Of a stretch of 64,000 nucleotides of DNA, positions 49,301 through 62,500 are shown in pieces. Below the pieces are notes generated by a model. It saw only the letters and a list, made by a program, of their open reading frames with translations, did not search any database and was not told where the DNA came from. Source of the DNA: Eledone cirrhosa (taxonomy: Eukaryota); the NCBI GenBank assembly GCA_964016885.1, contig OZ024740.1, positions 385,888,001-385,952,000 of the forward strand, read 5' to 3'. How positions within the stretch are numbered: position 1 is the stretch's first letter; each line of letters starts with the position of its first letter. A program made the position numbers and the translations under genes.

Positions 49301-51092
49301 CTCTTTTCATGTTGTTGCTGTCAAAGTCTCTAAATACATTTTATATGATATAGGAAATGATATTATTAGGATTTGTTAGTTTTTTACAATAAGATTGGTT
49401 GAACAGTCTCTCTATTTTACACTCTAAATTTCAGTAGTTGTGCTTCTTCTTCTCTTCTTCTTGTTCCCCCACTTATTCCTGAAAGGGTTATGTGGGCAGA
49501 GTCCTCAAACACTCCTTCCAGCAGGTCCTATCAAAAGTAACAGTCTCCAACTGATCTGGCTGGATCCCCAAGCATGACCAGCCAAGCTCATAGATGTTAT
49601 CCAACCATCTTGCTCAGGGTCTACCTCTGGGTTTCGAGCCGGCTGGTTTTGCCAGTATGATCTGTCCAGCAAGTCTTACCTAAGACATTCTAACTACATG
49701 CCCATAGTATCGGGGCAGTAATCTCTCAACTCAGAGAAGTAGCAGCTCTACCTGGAGTGACTCTGATCCCTGAGCTGTAAATACTCTCATGATTTCTCAA
49801 AGACCTGCCTCAGTGGGAATATTTGGTTGGCCCTGCTGCATCCGAGGCAAAAACCACACTTTTCATCAGCTGGGACTTGACAATCTCCCTGCATTTTTGC
49901 CAGACACTTCTCAGCAGTCTGATCAGCTAGAGAACGGGTCACAGGTGGCAGATAGGGATACGGCCACCAGATATGATTAGTTGCAATATAAGTGGGCAAC
50001 TGTCAGTTGAATAAGCAACTCCAGACCAACAGCTGTAAACTGCTAGAGGAAATGGAGTAATGGATGACACCAGTAGCTCCCAAGAAAACTCTCACAAACC
50101 AGTTATGTAGCTAAAGGCCACCTCTAAAAATGTCTTGTCTTCACCTATTTGAATAAGACCACAGAACTGCAACTGCAATATGGTGAGAGGAACAAAAAAG
50201 AACCATACTGCATCGTCCTTAGGTAGAGTGGCCTGTTCAAAAAATATATTGTAGTCTCCAATTCATACCGCAAAAACTGGTGAGGAGCCTGTGACTTGTC
50301 CTGGGAGATGTGGGGTGGACACACAAAGATTGCATATCCCGAGACCCCAAAGAGGGTCCAGAATGGAGTAGACTTTGACAATTAGAACCTGGAACATCAC
50401 AACCCTTACAAGTAATGAACGGGCTTGTGGAGGAGGCTAGATGCGACCAGCTAGATATTGTTGGGGTTTCCTCAACAAAATTCTGTGACTCTGATACTGT
50501 AGATTTGGATGGAGAATGGAAACACCACTATTCAGGTGTGGTGCCAAAAATTACTGCACAGGCAGGAGTGGGGATACTCAGGCCCCCAGCAGTCAGAATG
50601 TGTTATGGACTGGATCCCATTTGGAGGGAGGATTTGCCTCTCTTAACTACCTGAAATACTGGTTTAATTTTAAGCTCCACAAACATTACACTGAGTGGTT
50701 TATGCTAAATAAGCCACTTGACATCTGACTTTATTATGACTTGAAAGTCTGACTCGGGTTATAAAAATCAATTCCTGTAATATTTTTTGTAGCAGATTTT
50801 CTTGATAGATCTGGGAATAAAGGTACCAGACAGTCCTTCACACTTACACACATATACGTATACATTGCATCATTGAGGTGTCACCAGGCACAAAATATGG
50901 TTGTTTCTGTTCCAGCATAGCCAAAACATTAACCCGTTTGTTGTTATATTTCTAATGAAATACACTGCCCGTTGCTTTCTAATAATTTGGAAAATAATCA
51001 AGAATTTTGGGGAAAGGGCATTTAGTTATATAACTAACTTTCTCATTATTAAGTTGATGTTTGAAATATAACTTAAATGTTTTTATATAAAA

Positions 51093-51363
51093 CTAGCCAA
51101 AGAGCCCATCGTTGCTGGGCACACCTTTCGCCACTGTAAATAAAGACCTCCCGCCCTCTCTCGTCAACAGGGCCGTCTTTAAATAGACCCAGAACTCTGC
51201 TATTTTAAAGAAGAGCAACATTTAAACTATATGTTGATATGCTCCGAGAGCTAAATAACCTATGTATCAAAATTGAACAAAATCAGATGGAAACTGGAAA
51301 TGCATCGCCTGCATACAGAGAGACAGACAGACAGACAGACATTTTCGTTTTTATATAGAGAGA
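51093..51363 (-). mobile_element. Non-autonomous Helitron-like element nested in a piggyBac-type MITE
   Basis: Minus strand begins TC and ends CTAG; GCCCA...TGGGC hairpin near the 3' end; (CTGT)n near the 5' end; inserted A|T with no TSD; the host MITE sequence rejoins across it. Confidence 0.75.
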
Positions 51364-53328
51364 TTATGTTGGAAGATTTTAGCTAAATATAGAAAGTTTG
51401 GGATTATAGAACTAGGGACAGTTTTAGTCTCAAAAGGGTTAAAAGTTAACCCAAGTGTTTATACTTGGCTGCTATTTGTGAAATGATTAGAGAGGTACAT
51501 TTTACCAGTCTTTTTCTATTATTGATAGGATGAAACTTATGTCTCAATTGTGATGCTTAATAAACTTATATTTTACCTCAGTGCAATAGCTTCACATATT
51601 GTTTCAGTTTCCACTCTAACTACAATCATTGCAAAAATATGCTCTATAAATCACCTTATAACTGATTAAGTCAATCAGTATGATGTAATTATGAATCTAG
51701 TTAATCTATAGTCAATACATTTATCCATCATATCTCTTCTTCGGGATTACATTCTTCAATATGTCCGTTTTAAACCCTTTCATTACTATATTTATAATGA
51801 AATACACTGTATTTAAATTGATGAAGAATTTGGAGGGATTTATTAAGATAATTATTTCATTACTAAGATGATGTTTGTATTAACAAGAGGTTCTTACATC
51901 AAAGATGCTTATATTGAAAGAGTTTAATTTAAATAGAAACCCTTTAAACTGGGTTGTTTTGTTACATCGAACCAGAGGCTGTTTATACAGGTTCAAAAGG
52001 TTTAAAATGGTAACATTTTGAGATATGGGGGAGATTTAGCTGCTATTTCTAGCAGATTACACAGGCTGGTTTTTTTTGGTTTTTTTGTGGTTGCCTCAAT
52101 AGAAGTTCAATGTTGAAATTTGAGTTGAGAAGCTAGAACAGTTCCAACTTGAATTGACTTGATATTTGAAATTCCTGAGGAGAATTTAGGCCATGTAGAC
52201 TTGACTATGTCTCAAGCAAATTTGATAGAGCAACTTCCACTGGTGGTCGTGGTGATGGTTGCTTTAGCCTTAGGTTTGCTCTGACTGGAACAATGTGAAA
52301 TAAAATGATATACTCTAGTACATAATGCACTATTTGGAATTGAACTCATCACCTTGTGATTGTGAATTACATACCCTAACCACTAAACCATGCACCTTCA
52401 CTCCCTACTTATAAGAATGTAGTTAATTATTTGGAATAATTCAGCTCTCATTTAGAGGTGTATGTATTAAACATAATAAGGCATGAGAAAAGATGTGGCT
52501 AGTAGTTTGAGTATCTAGTGTCTTATTATCAACAGTCCTTCACCAGACATTTAGATATTTAATTATCTGGAATTCTGCTATTGGCAAGATTTTATCTAAA
52601 AATGACCTGGATTTTAAGTTCACTCATCCATAAAGACTGATAGACCAAAAATGACAGTAAAATTACAACCCAATATCAATTACTGATCCTATCTCAAGCT
52701 TCAATTACTCACTGTTGATGTGTGTATGTATGTACTTACAGAACTCACAATTTCCTCGTGGACCTATGAAACTCAACATATCATGTCATGTTTTGTAAAG
52801 ATTACTGTCCTGTATAGTGTGTGTGTGTGTGCATGCACGAACAGACACATCTCTCTCCTCTCTCTCTCTCATATATATATATATCAATCGCCCAGACAGC
52901 TTTGAAGGAATAATACTGACACTGAAATTATTTTCTTTGTTTATCCTTTTCTTTTTACTTTCTCCACATCCAGAGTGCTCTAGTGCCCCGCACCCCCACT
53001 ACAAAAGCAATTATCTACCACCACTACACATTCACCCTCCCTCAGGTTTGTTGTCACACTGAAACCTGTCTGCTTTAGAAATGTCACCTGTTAAGTTAAT
53101 AGTAATGTTCAGTCCCACATAGCTTATTAATTACAGTATGTCTCCTACTATTATACCTGGATAAATCTACTCCAGCTACTAAACATAGGTAAAAACTGAG
53201 CTTGTTATAAATATATTAAGTTTGTATTCAAAATAAATAGGAATATTCCTGATGAATAGCTATATTTTCAAATATATATTTATATGTGTGTAGGCATGCA
53301 TATATAGGCATGTATATATAGATGGATT

Positions 53329-53374
<46 letters not shown>

Positions 53375-53406
53375 CATCATCGTTTAACGTCAATCTTCCA
53401 TGCTAG

Positions 53407-53439
<33 letters not shown>

Positions 53440-53569
53440 TTGGATTGATGGATGAATTTCTGTATATATGTATGTATGGAGGGATAGATTTGTGTACATA
53501 TCTTCAATATAATAATACACTACATGTATTTGTACCTGCCAGTTATATCTTGTTGTCCACTCCAAAATA

Positions 53570-55690
53570 GATTTGATTGCTGCCCTGATATCCTTACCAT
53601 GTAGCAGCAGTGGTGGGATGGATGGTTTGCAACCTAGCCACCTAAAGGATTTAACTTCGCTATGCTCTGGTGAGGCCAGGTCAATTTCTCTTGTCATGCT
53701 CACAATTTTTTCATTGAAAAGGAATGATGGAAGTATCCTGCCCATTGCAGAGGGCAATATGTTTTGGCAGCTCATGGCCAAGACTGGCTGCAAATCATTT
53801 GTAAGGGAGCTTAGCTGGGAACTGGACCTTGTTTAATTTGGATTAGTGGTTAAATGCAGATGTGAGGCAGCTATTCATACAAGCATACATTTCATTGCAC
53901 ACACGTCCCTATTGTCACTTCACCTTCTGGTCAAACTGGATATGCAAAGTGCCTTTAATAGCATTTGGCATGATCATAAACTAGAGATGTGCTAGAGATA
54001 AGCCCTCTTGATACTCCCTTTGGCACATCACACTGACTGGACACCCAGTATGTTCATAGTTGCTGCAAATACTTCATCTGTCACTCCTTTTTACTTTTCT
54101 CAATTTTATTCATCAGAGAGCAGAGACACAATAACATTATATGTTCTTTTACATGCATGTGCATGTGTACTTATCACATGATCCACATGACAGGTGCAAT
54201 GTGTCTAAACACGGAAAAGCCAAACTCCCATCGTCATAGCTCCCATCTCTCTGTATAGTGAACAAATGGGGTCCCACGTGCTGGCCGCCCCACAGCCTCA
54301 GCAGACAGAATAGAGAAGGCGTTTCCTCAGAGGATAGTGAGATGCGCTGTTAACAACCTTTAGAACATCATCCCACCTCCCATTGCTTCTGTGACTTAAG
54401 ATTAATGTATCCAAATCAGAGGTGATAAATGCAAATTATGGTGAAACTCAATATGATGATGGCATACATGGTATTTGGTTCATTCTGACTAAGCTACAAC
54501 TCCAAGGGTTAATTCTCTCAAAATCCATACAATAATTATTTAAGACCAGATGAGTTGATCTCATCTTTTTACTTTTAACTGCACAACGTGCCATGTAACC
54601 CCCATGCAAGAAACTTCAGTGAATTTGAGATCACCATTTATCTATGTCAGTTTTGTCAACACAGGTTGACAACAGGTGAAATTTCCGGTGGGGTTTCGAT
54701 GATCTTGACCTCTGTTCTACATCTGACCATACGCCATTGACCTATGTTTCATCTACCATCTCCAGTCATGCCCATGAGATTTTCCACATGGGAACCTAAT
54801 GTGAACTGGAAGCTCTGGCTGTTTGGGTTAACAATGGCCATACTGTCCCCAGTATGCAGGTTATAATCGCAACTTGGATGGCATCAAATGAAGTTCAACA
54901 TTTAAGTTCCACATGGTACCTTGAACAATATCATCAGGAGCCTTGATGTTGCTGGTTTCACGTCACAATTAGACCCTGTTGGCTTTAACAATGGTTATGG
55001 TAGGTGCCAAGATAAAACCATTTTCTCAATAAAGGGTGTTAAATTGCTAATCTGGAATGCTTCATGTTGCAAAACATTCTCTAGTGCTAACTTCATCGCC
55101 TTAACCACAAACTCAGGTACTGGCACCCATGACGTTGAGGAGCAGAAGATAAGCAAATACCAATCTTTGACTGACAGATCCCTTTCTGTGCAGATTGCCA
55201 TCAAAATCACTGGTGTCCTCACCCATACTGTGGACCAGGGGTTCTCAACCTGGTCCATGTGGACCACTAGTGGTCCACAGAAAATTTTCAATAGCAAATT
55301 CTTTTTTGATCCATGCATTTGACTTAAAGCACTGTTCTTATTCTTCGCATAAGTATGACTTCAGCTGTTTATTTGCGTAGATTTTTAGGCACTGCCACAT
55401 GATAATAGCATTTTCTAATTCATTGAAAAAAACATCTACTGATTCTTATAAGTAGCAGTTCTAATACAAAAGATTTTAAAGTTTAGGTGGTCCACAAGAA
55501 AAAATTACCTATTTTGGTGGTCCACAGTGAAAAAAAGGTTGAGAACCCCTGCTGTGGACTACCGTATCCTCTGTAAAATTGGGAGGTGGGCAGCTCACCC
55601 GAAGAAGGAATCACATGAGGTGTAGTGACTGATGCAGCAGGTGTCACTGGCTGTTCTCTGTGACAATGCTTTCAACATCCCCATAGCGTA
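53570..55690 (+). mobile_element. Degraded CRE-like non-LTR retrotransposon (RT + restriction-like endonuclease)
   Basis: GGMDGLQPSHLKDL; KRNDGSILPIAEGN; CEAAIH; KLDMQSAFNSI; C-terminal SQLDPVG..LIWNASCC..KISKY..QIAIKITGV; many stops. Confidence 0.7.
55236..55551. mobile_element. hAT (Charlie/MER5-like) MITE nested in the CRE element
   Basis: 8-bp TSD CTGTGGAC (55228-55235 and 55552-55559); 15-bp TIR CAGGGGTTCTCAACC. Confidence 0.92.
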
Positions 55691-56260
55691 CAGTTAAAAT
55701 GTAGCGTGTTGAGTTTGCTCCTTTTTTCTTCTTTTTCTCACCTTCTCCTTTTTTTCACTTTTTCTCTTTTCCAGTTTATTATTTACGTTTTTAATAAATA
55801 GTTCTGTTCAGCAGTAAATTTATCTTTTTATTCTCTCTCAGTGCCTTGGAGAAGAAGACAGCAAACAGGGGCTGACAAATATAGATATATAGTGAACATA
55901 GGAGTGAGAGGAATGTATAGAGAGAGTAATTAGTGAAGACAGAGAGAGAGATAGAGAAAAAAGAAAGGCAGCAAAAGTTAGTGAGAGAGATGGAGTGTAG
56001 AAATGAAAGTGGGAGCTAGGGAAGAGAGAAAAAATAAAAGAGGTGGAGAATGAGAATGTGGGAGTCAGAGTTAGAGTGAAAGGTAAAGTAAACCATGGGA
56101 GAGAGGGGAATGAAAGGCAAGCTGAGAGGGTGAAAGTGAGAATTAGATTTAAACATAGAAAGGGGGAGTGAAGGAAGTTTAGGAATATATAAGTCTGTAA
56201 CATCAATATTATGTGAAGGGGGGGGGGGGGGGGGGGGGGGGATATTTATTTTTTATTTCT

Positions 56261-56306
<46 letters not shown>

Positions 56307-56446
56307 TCTCTCTGTCTCTCTCTCATTCTTTCTTTGAGAAGTGTATCTTACTAAATAAAATGAGATATTCCCTGGGATATGATATAAGGTCAATTGCTTT
56401 CAGCAAGTTTGTTCCTTCAAAAGTTGTGTGCATGTACTTATATATA

Positions 56447-56534
56447 CAGGGTGTCCCGAAAAATGTATACACACTTTGATTATCTGTACAGACAATATTA
56501 TTAGAATAATGTATACATTTTTTAGGACACCCTG
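56447..56534. mobile_element. Tc1/mariner-superfamily MITE
   Basis: TA TSD; TIR CAGGGTGTCC..AAAAATGTATACA. Confidence 0.8.
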
Positions 56535-56835
56535 TATATATGCTTGTATATTTTCATATATAAGAGAGATAAAGAAAATTTCATTTTTGAAGACAAGAGT
56601 ACACAAGTATATATAAATATATATTGAAGTAGAAATATAAGGCTTCGCTGTAACATTTGAGTAAATAATATAGTCTTAATAGCATGTGTATAAACCCACT
56701 GAATGTAAAAAGACTATGTTATTACGACTATGTTATTTAGTCAAATGTTATGGTGAAGCCATATATTTCTATTTCAATTTTCAACCTTTGCTTATTGCTT
56801 TCTAAACATATTTCTTTTATAAATATATATATATA

Positions 56836-56922
<87 letters not shown>

Positions 56923-58749
56923 TACTGTTGCTGTTAAATAAAGAGAGGGTGGACAGAGAAATCTGAGATAATATAGACATGCTTAAAACTGCCTGAAGTA
57001 AAAGGAAGTGGCAAGGAAATTACATGTAGAAACTATGTGGAAAACTAAATGGCAGGTTTACACTGTTAGAAGTGAAGAAGTGGTTGAGCCATTGAGATAG
57101 ACAGAAGTGTGAAAAAATGTGTCAGAGTCAGAATAGAAGTAAAAAAAGCCAGCCAAGATGTCATTGGGAAGAAGTATCTAAACTATAATAAAGTAAGGAG
57201 CGCAGGACTGCATACGGTTTATAATTTTTTATCCCATTAGTAAAAGTTGGATTACTTTGAATAAATAATTGTACATTACTGGTACTTTATTTTATCGACC
57301 CCGTAAGGATGAAAGGCAAAGTTAACCTTGGCGGGATTTCAACTCAGAATGGCAAGGGCCGTAATTCTATGCGTCAGAGAGATAAAAAAGCTGTTAGACA
57401 TTGTTTAGTGTGACCCTATAGAAGTTAGTATATAAGGAGTGGCTTTTGTTGAGATAGGGTTGGGATGTGTGCATCAAATAGCTTATAATAGAGGAAGGAG
57501 AAAGCCAGTGACTGCATCAGGTTGTTATTGTTGTGGCTGTTGTAGAGAGAAAGGTGACAATATGGCTAGATCAAGTTGTCTTCTAAAATCTCATGTCCAT
57601 AATTTTGTCATGCTCAGCTACCTTGTTGACATAGTGATGGAGGTGGTAATGGGGATTTCTTTTATTGGCCAGAAGAGTCCAAGATATTGAAGACAATACA
57701 AAGGCAAAATACATCATCATTTTTATCTTCATATTTACCTGCGTATCTTGTTCTGTCATATACGTATATTGATGTCACTAATAACTAACATGTGTTGGGC
57801 GGTGGATTCTTCCCCAGGGCCTTAGCATTTATTACTGCCCATTCATTTGTTGTCTTACAAGTAAGTAATCAATTCGCCTGACTGGTATACAATCAGGTGG
57901 TTGGCTAGTTTCCTGAAATTTGTGTTGTAAATAGTTAGTCTATTCATTTCACATAATTCCAGGAGCCTCAGCTCCTCTTCGCTTCTTGAGCCTTAACGAT
58001 AGCTACTATGGACTCCACTGAATCCATCCTAATACTGTCCTACATGTCCTTTGAAGTTGCCTGCCAAGATGATGAGGCCACTTTTATCGGGCCTGAATTT
58101 CTCTGTAAAAGTTCCTATTAGAACCTGTCTGTGGGCCATAGGTAGATGTAATTGTCACCATTGTCCCACTGCTAATCTAAGTTTGATACTTCTATCACCT
58201 TATCTATCCATTTCTCAGCTAGTAAGATGCCTACACCTGCTACCCCATCATCATTTCCTACCTAGTACAGCTTGTATCTATGTTATTTACCTGTCAGTAA
58301 TCTCACTGAGACACCCCTCTATCTCACCTCCTGTACACAGCATATATCCACTTCTCTCCATAGGAAACTAACAATCAAGAAAGTGAGGTTGAGATCAACA
58401 GTATCAATAAAGACACAGTAGTAGGATAACTTCCTTCCGTCTTGGAGGCCCTGCAAAATAATCATGTCATCTATCATTACTCTGCTCACTAAACATATGC
58501 AAAATAAAAAGAAAGAGGCAGTATTATACAAAAGGTAGACATAAAATTGATGGGTTGATTATGATCCTTGTCAGTAGGAATTGGATTGGAAATAAAAGCT
58601 GAATGAAAAGAATTAAGAAATTCTAAAATGAACTGGAAAACAACAAACAAGATTTTTAACCCTTTCATTACTATCTTTTTAATGAAAGACCCTGCCTATA
58701 ATTTTTTTAAATAATCAGAAAGAGTTATAGCACAGTTGATTAGGAACTG

Positions 58750-59066
58750 GGTGAAACTAGATGAGATGCAATTTGGGTTTGTGCCAGGAAAGGCACCACT
58801 GATGCCCTCTTCCTTTTGAGGCAGTTACAGGAAAAGTACCTAGATAAAAGTAAGCCGCTCTACCTGGCATTCGTCGATCTGGAGAAAGCCTTTGACAGAG
58901 TCCCCGTGCTATAATCTGGTGGGCTCTTAGAAAACTAAGAGTAGATGAATGGCTTGTGAAAGCTGTACAAGCCATGTATAGGGGGGCAGTCAGCAAAGTT
59001 AGGATTAGTAATGACTATAGCGAGGAATTTAGCATACAGGTCGGTGTCCACCATGGCTCTGTTCTT
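58750..59066 (+). mobile_element. Internal RT fragment of the RTE copy 1 subfamily; a degraded EN fragment lies at 57730-58370(-)
   Basis: Close nucleotide match to about 9310-9625 (MQFGFVP...FVDLEKAFD...GVHHGSVL), frameshifted. Confidence 0.85.
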
Positions 59067-59139
59067 GAATAGTTCAAACAGAACTTAAATCGATAAGTTC
59101 TTGTTTTGGGATATGTCACTATCTATAAAACAACTTTTG

Positions 59140-59201
59140 TATTTTATCTGATGAGAGCGTACCAAAAATGTTGTTACCCTTGAAATATATATAATAAAAT
59201 A
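59140..59201 (+). ncRNA. Minimal type I hammerhead ribozyme in a Penelope-like pLTR remnant
   Basis: TATTTTAT-CTGATGA-GAGCGTA/TACCCTT-GAAA-T-ATAT-A-TA-ATAAAATA: 8-bp stem I, stem II with one mismatch, palindromic stem III loop. Confidence 0.65.
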
Positions 59202-59514
59202 AATATGGTTTATAAAGATAGTTTCCATTTATTAATATTACTGATATTATACTCCAGAAGAATTCTGTAGAGTGCTTCGAACCTGTTATAAATAAATTTG
59301 TTGAATAACCAACAAATTAAATAACTCTCTGCTTATATATATATATATACTAATAATGTTTCTACTTTTGGCCCAAGGCCAGCAATTACCCCAGTGCATT
59401 ACTGGTACTTTATTTTATCCACCCCGTAAGGTTGAAAGGCAAAGCTAAACTGGGCGGGATTTGAACTCCGAACATAAAGGGCTATAGATAGATAAATAGA
59501 TAGGTAATTTTCTA

Positions 59515-62500
59515 TTTATTTGCCACCAGGGCATCAAAGATTGGGACAAATACAAGGGGGGGGGGTTTACATTTCAAAAGACGTGTAAAAAACATATAAT
59601 AAATTAAATTTAACAATTGAAGTTCTCAATAGGGAGGGGGCATTGACGTGGGTCGCACACACACCCCCCCAAAAAATGTGCAACCCTCCTCTTCAGGAGC
59701 ACAAAGAGTGGGTGCTCCCTTTCTCTCCTCCTTCTTCTCCTCTCTCACCTACAGGCTGATATAGAGAGAAGGCCCATTCACTCGGGCCATTCTCGCCACT
59801 TTCACCCACCTTTCATAAAACTTGCTGAGGTAGAACACTTCTCTCTCCATTCTGATCCTTCTTCTAAAGTGGTACTTGGAAAAACGGACCAGTTGTTGGC
59901 TGGAGAGAAAGGTGTCTGACCTCAGCCCTTTCAACCTCGTCCACCATACAACCTCTTTCACCATATCTATCACACAGAGGAAAACCGCCTCTCCTTCCTT
60001 TTTGAAAGGGGGAGGCGGTTTGATCGTGACAATGTACTCGGTGGTCAACCGGATTGGTCCCACTCGCGACAGTAGTCATTCTACATAGCCCCACAGGTCA
60101 GCAACGCCCGGACAGTGTACGAATGTGTGGGCGACGGTTTCCGCGTCACGCACGCATCTCGGACAGATCTTCTCACCAAAGGAGCCCGCTTCCAAAGGAA
60201 TCGGAAGAGCGCGCGCTCCATTTTGGCGAGCGTTTTCGCTGGGCAAGGCACGACGGTCAAGCGGTAGTAGATGACGGACGCTATATAAGTGTTCGACACC
60301 TCCGCTCGACCTTACAGGGATAGTTTGCACTCGGCCCACTTCTGAGCGAGTGCAAACACCCTGCCCGTTACCTCGTCCCAGTTTTTCTCCACCTGGAGGT
60401 CCAGTCCGAACCAGACCCCGAGCATCTTCACCGGTCCCTCCGCCCAGTGTCCGACGACGCCGTCGGAGGGCATCGTTTTGCCCCTCCACGTCCCGAGTTG
60501 CAAACCGACAGACTTGTCCCGGTTCAGCTTGGCTCCTGTAAACCTTTCGTATTCCTCCAATAAGGTGCTGATCTGCCCTATTTCCAAGGCGCACGACACC
60601 ATTACTGTTACGTCATCGGCGTAGGCTGACACCGCTTTCCGCAATCCCGGTTCCAAGGGGATGCCCTGCAACAGCTCCAATTTCCGCAGTAGTAACTCGA
60701 GAGCCAGCACATACAGAAGGGACGAGAGAGGGCATCCCTGTCGGATGGATCGCGTGATTTGGAACGGCTCCGAGAGGTAGCCGTTCACCTTGTCCCTCAA
60801 CCAGGTGCTGCTGCTATGCATTGCAGCAATCCAGCCCCTGAAAACGGGTCCGAAGCCTGCCGCCGCGAGCACCGCATCCAGGTACCGATGGTCGACCCTA
60901 TCGAACGCCTTAGATTGATCCAAGTTGATCAGGGCCCCACCAAAGCCGGGTTCATTCCCTACCCTCTCTACAATGTATCGCATGAGGTGGAGATTGTTGT
61001 GTATGGACCTGGACGGGATTGCGCATGTCTGCGCTTCTCCCACCAGGTTCCCGACGACAAGCGCCAACCTCTTCGCTAACACCTTGGCCAAAATCTTTAA
61101 GTCTGTGTTTAGCAGAGTTATGGGCCTGAAGTTATCTATATCATTCCCCTTGTTCTCGTCCTTCCTCACAACGCCCTTGGTCACAGAACTGGGAATTCTT
61201 CCGTTCTGTTGCCAGTTGCAGTAGACCGCCTCGAGGAGACCAGAGAACAAGTCCGGCATCGCTACATAAATTTCGTATGGTTGACCATCGAGACTCGGAC
61301 ATTTGCATTTGCCGCATTGGCTCAGCGCTTCCCCTATTTCAGCGGCTGAAATCGGCCTTTCGCAGGACTTCGCCTCCCCGTCCGAGAGCTGCGGCAGACC
61401 GTCGAGGTATGGACCAAAATCCATGGCCTCACCCAGCCCGCCGCCCCGTGCAAAGCGCCGTTGAAAGGCCGCGCACATCCGCTCAGGTTCAAGGATCACG
61501 CGTCCATCCTGGTCCTTCAAAGACCGAATCGTGGACTTGTTTCCACTTTCTGCCTCTGTCACTCGAGCCCAGCTAACAGCTTTGGCTCCCTCGTTACCCA
61601 GAGCACGTATTTTACTCCTGACAACGCAGCCCTCATGCTTCGCGTCAAAGAACTGGTCTAGGGTCGTTCTTGACGCCAGCACGCCGGCCACGATGCCACT
61701 CCTAATCGCCTCTTCTACTCTATCTATCAATTCCCTTTCAGTTCTATTCATATCTGATGCTAATTCCTGACTAAAACCTATCGATTCTATTCTAATTTCT
61801 CTCTTGAGAGAGCCCTACCACCTGCTGTTGTCAATTGCCCCCGTCAACCGCTGCTTAATTAGAGTGCTAATCCGCTTACTGTAAGCTTTGTTTGTCGGTA
61901 AGGACAAGTTTAGCTTCCAGTAACCGGGTTCCTTGTCTATGGGTTCTATCAAGGTTGACCACTCCGGTCACCAACTTGTGATCCGAACATTTGTGGACAG
62001 CTTAATATGTCCCTATCCTTATTTCTAACTAGGAACCTATCTAGGTACGACCTAGATGTTCCGCTGATTAGTCCACGTCCACAGTGGCACAGTCGGAAAA
62101 TCTAGTCGATATCTATCGGCCGATTATCCGTTTGAGGCTGTTACACCCCCCTCTATTGGGACATGCCCCTACATAGTCCCAACGTGCATCCAGGATACCA
62201 TTCCAGTCCACCACCAAAAGCAAGGAGGGAGATATTCCCAGAAAAGTCTCTAGGTGTCGGAAGAAGTCCGGTCGCGGTGTCTCAGATGGGGCATACGCTG
62301 CCACCAGCCTGAAGGCTCCACCTTCACTACTGCCGACGTCTAGAACCACCAGTCGACCCTCCGGGTCCAGATGTACCTTCTGTGTGGCAAGACCCAGGTG
62401 TTTTCGCAGCAGAACGACAACCCCACCCCCACCCCCTACCTGACAGAGAGATGCGTAGATCTTAAAGTCGTCAAAGTTGGCGCTCGCTGCTGATCCTGGA

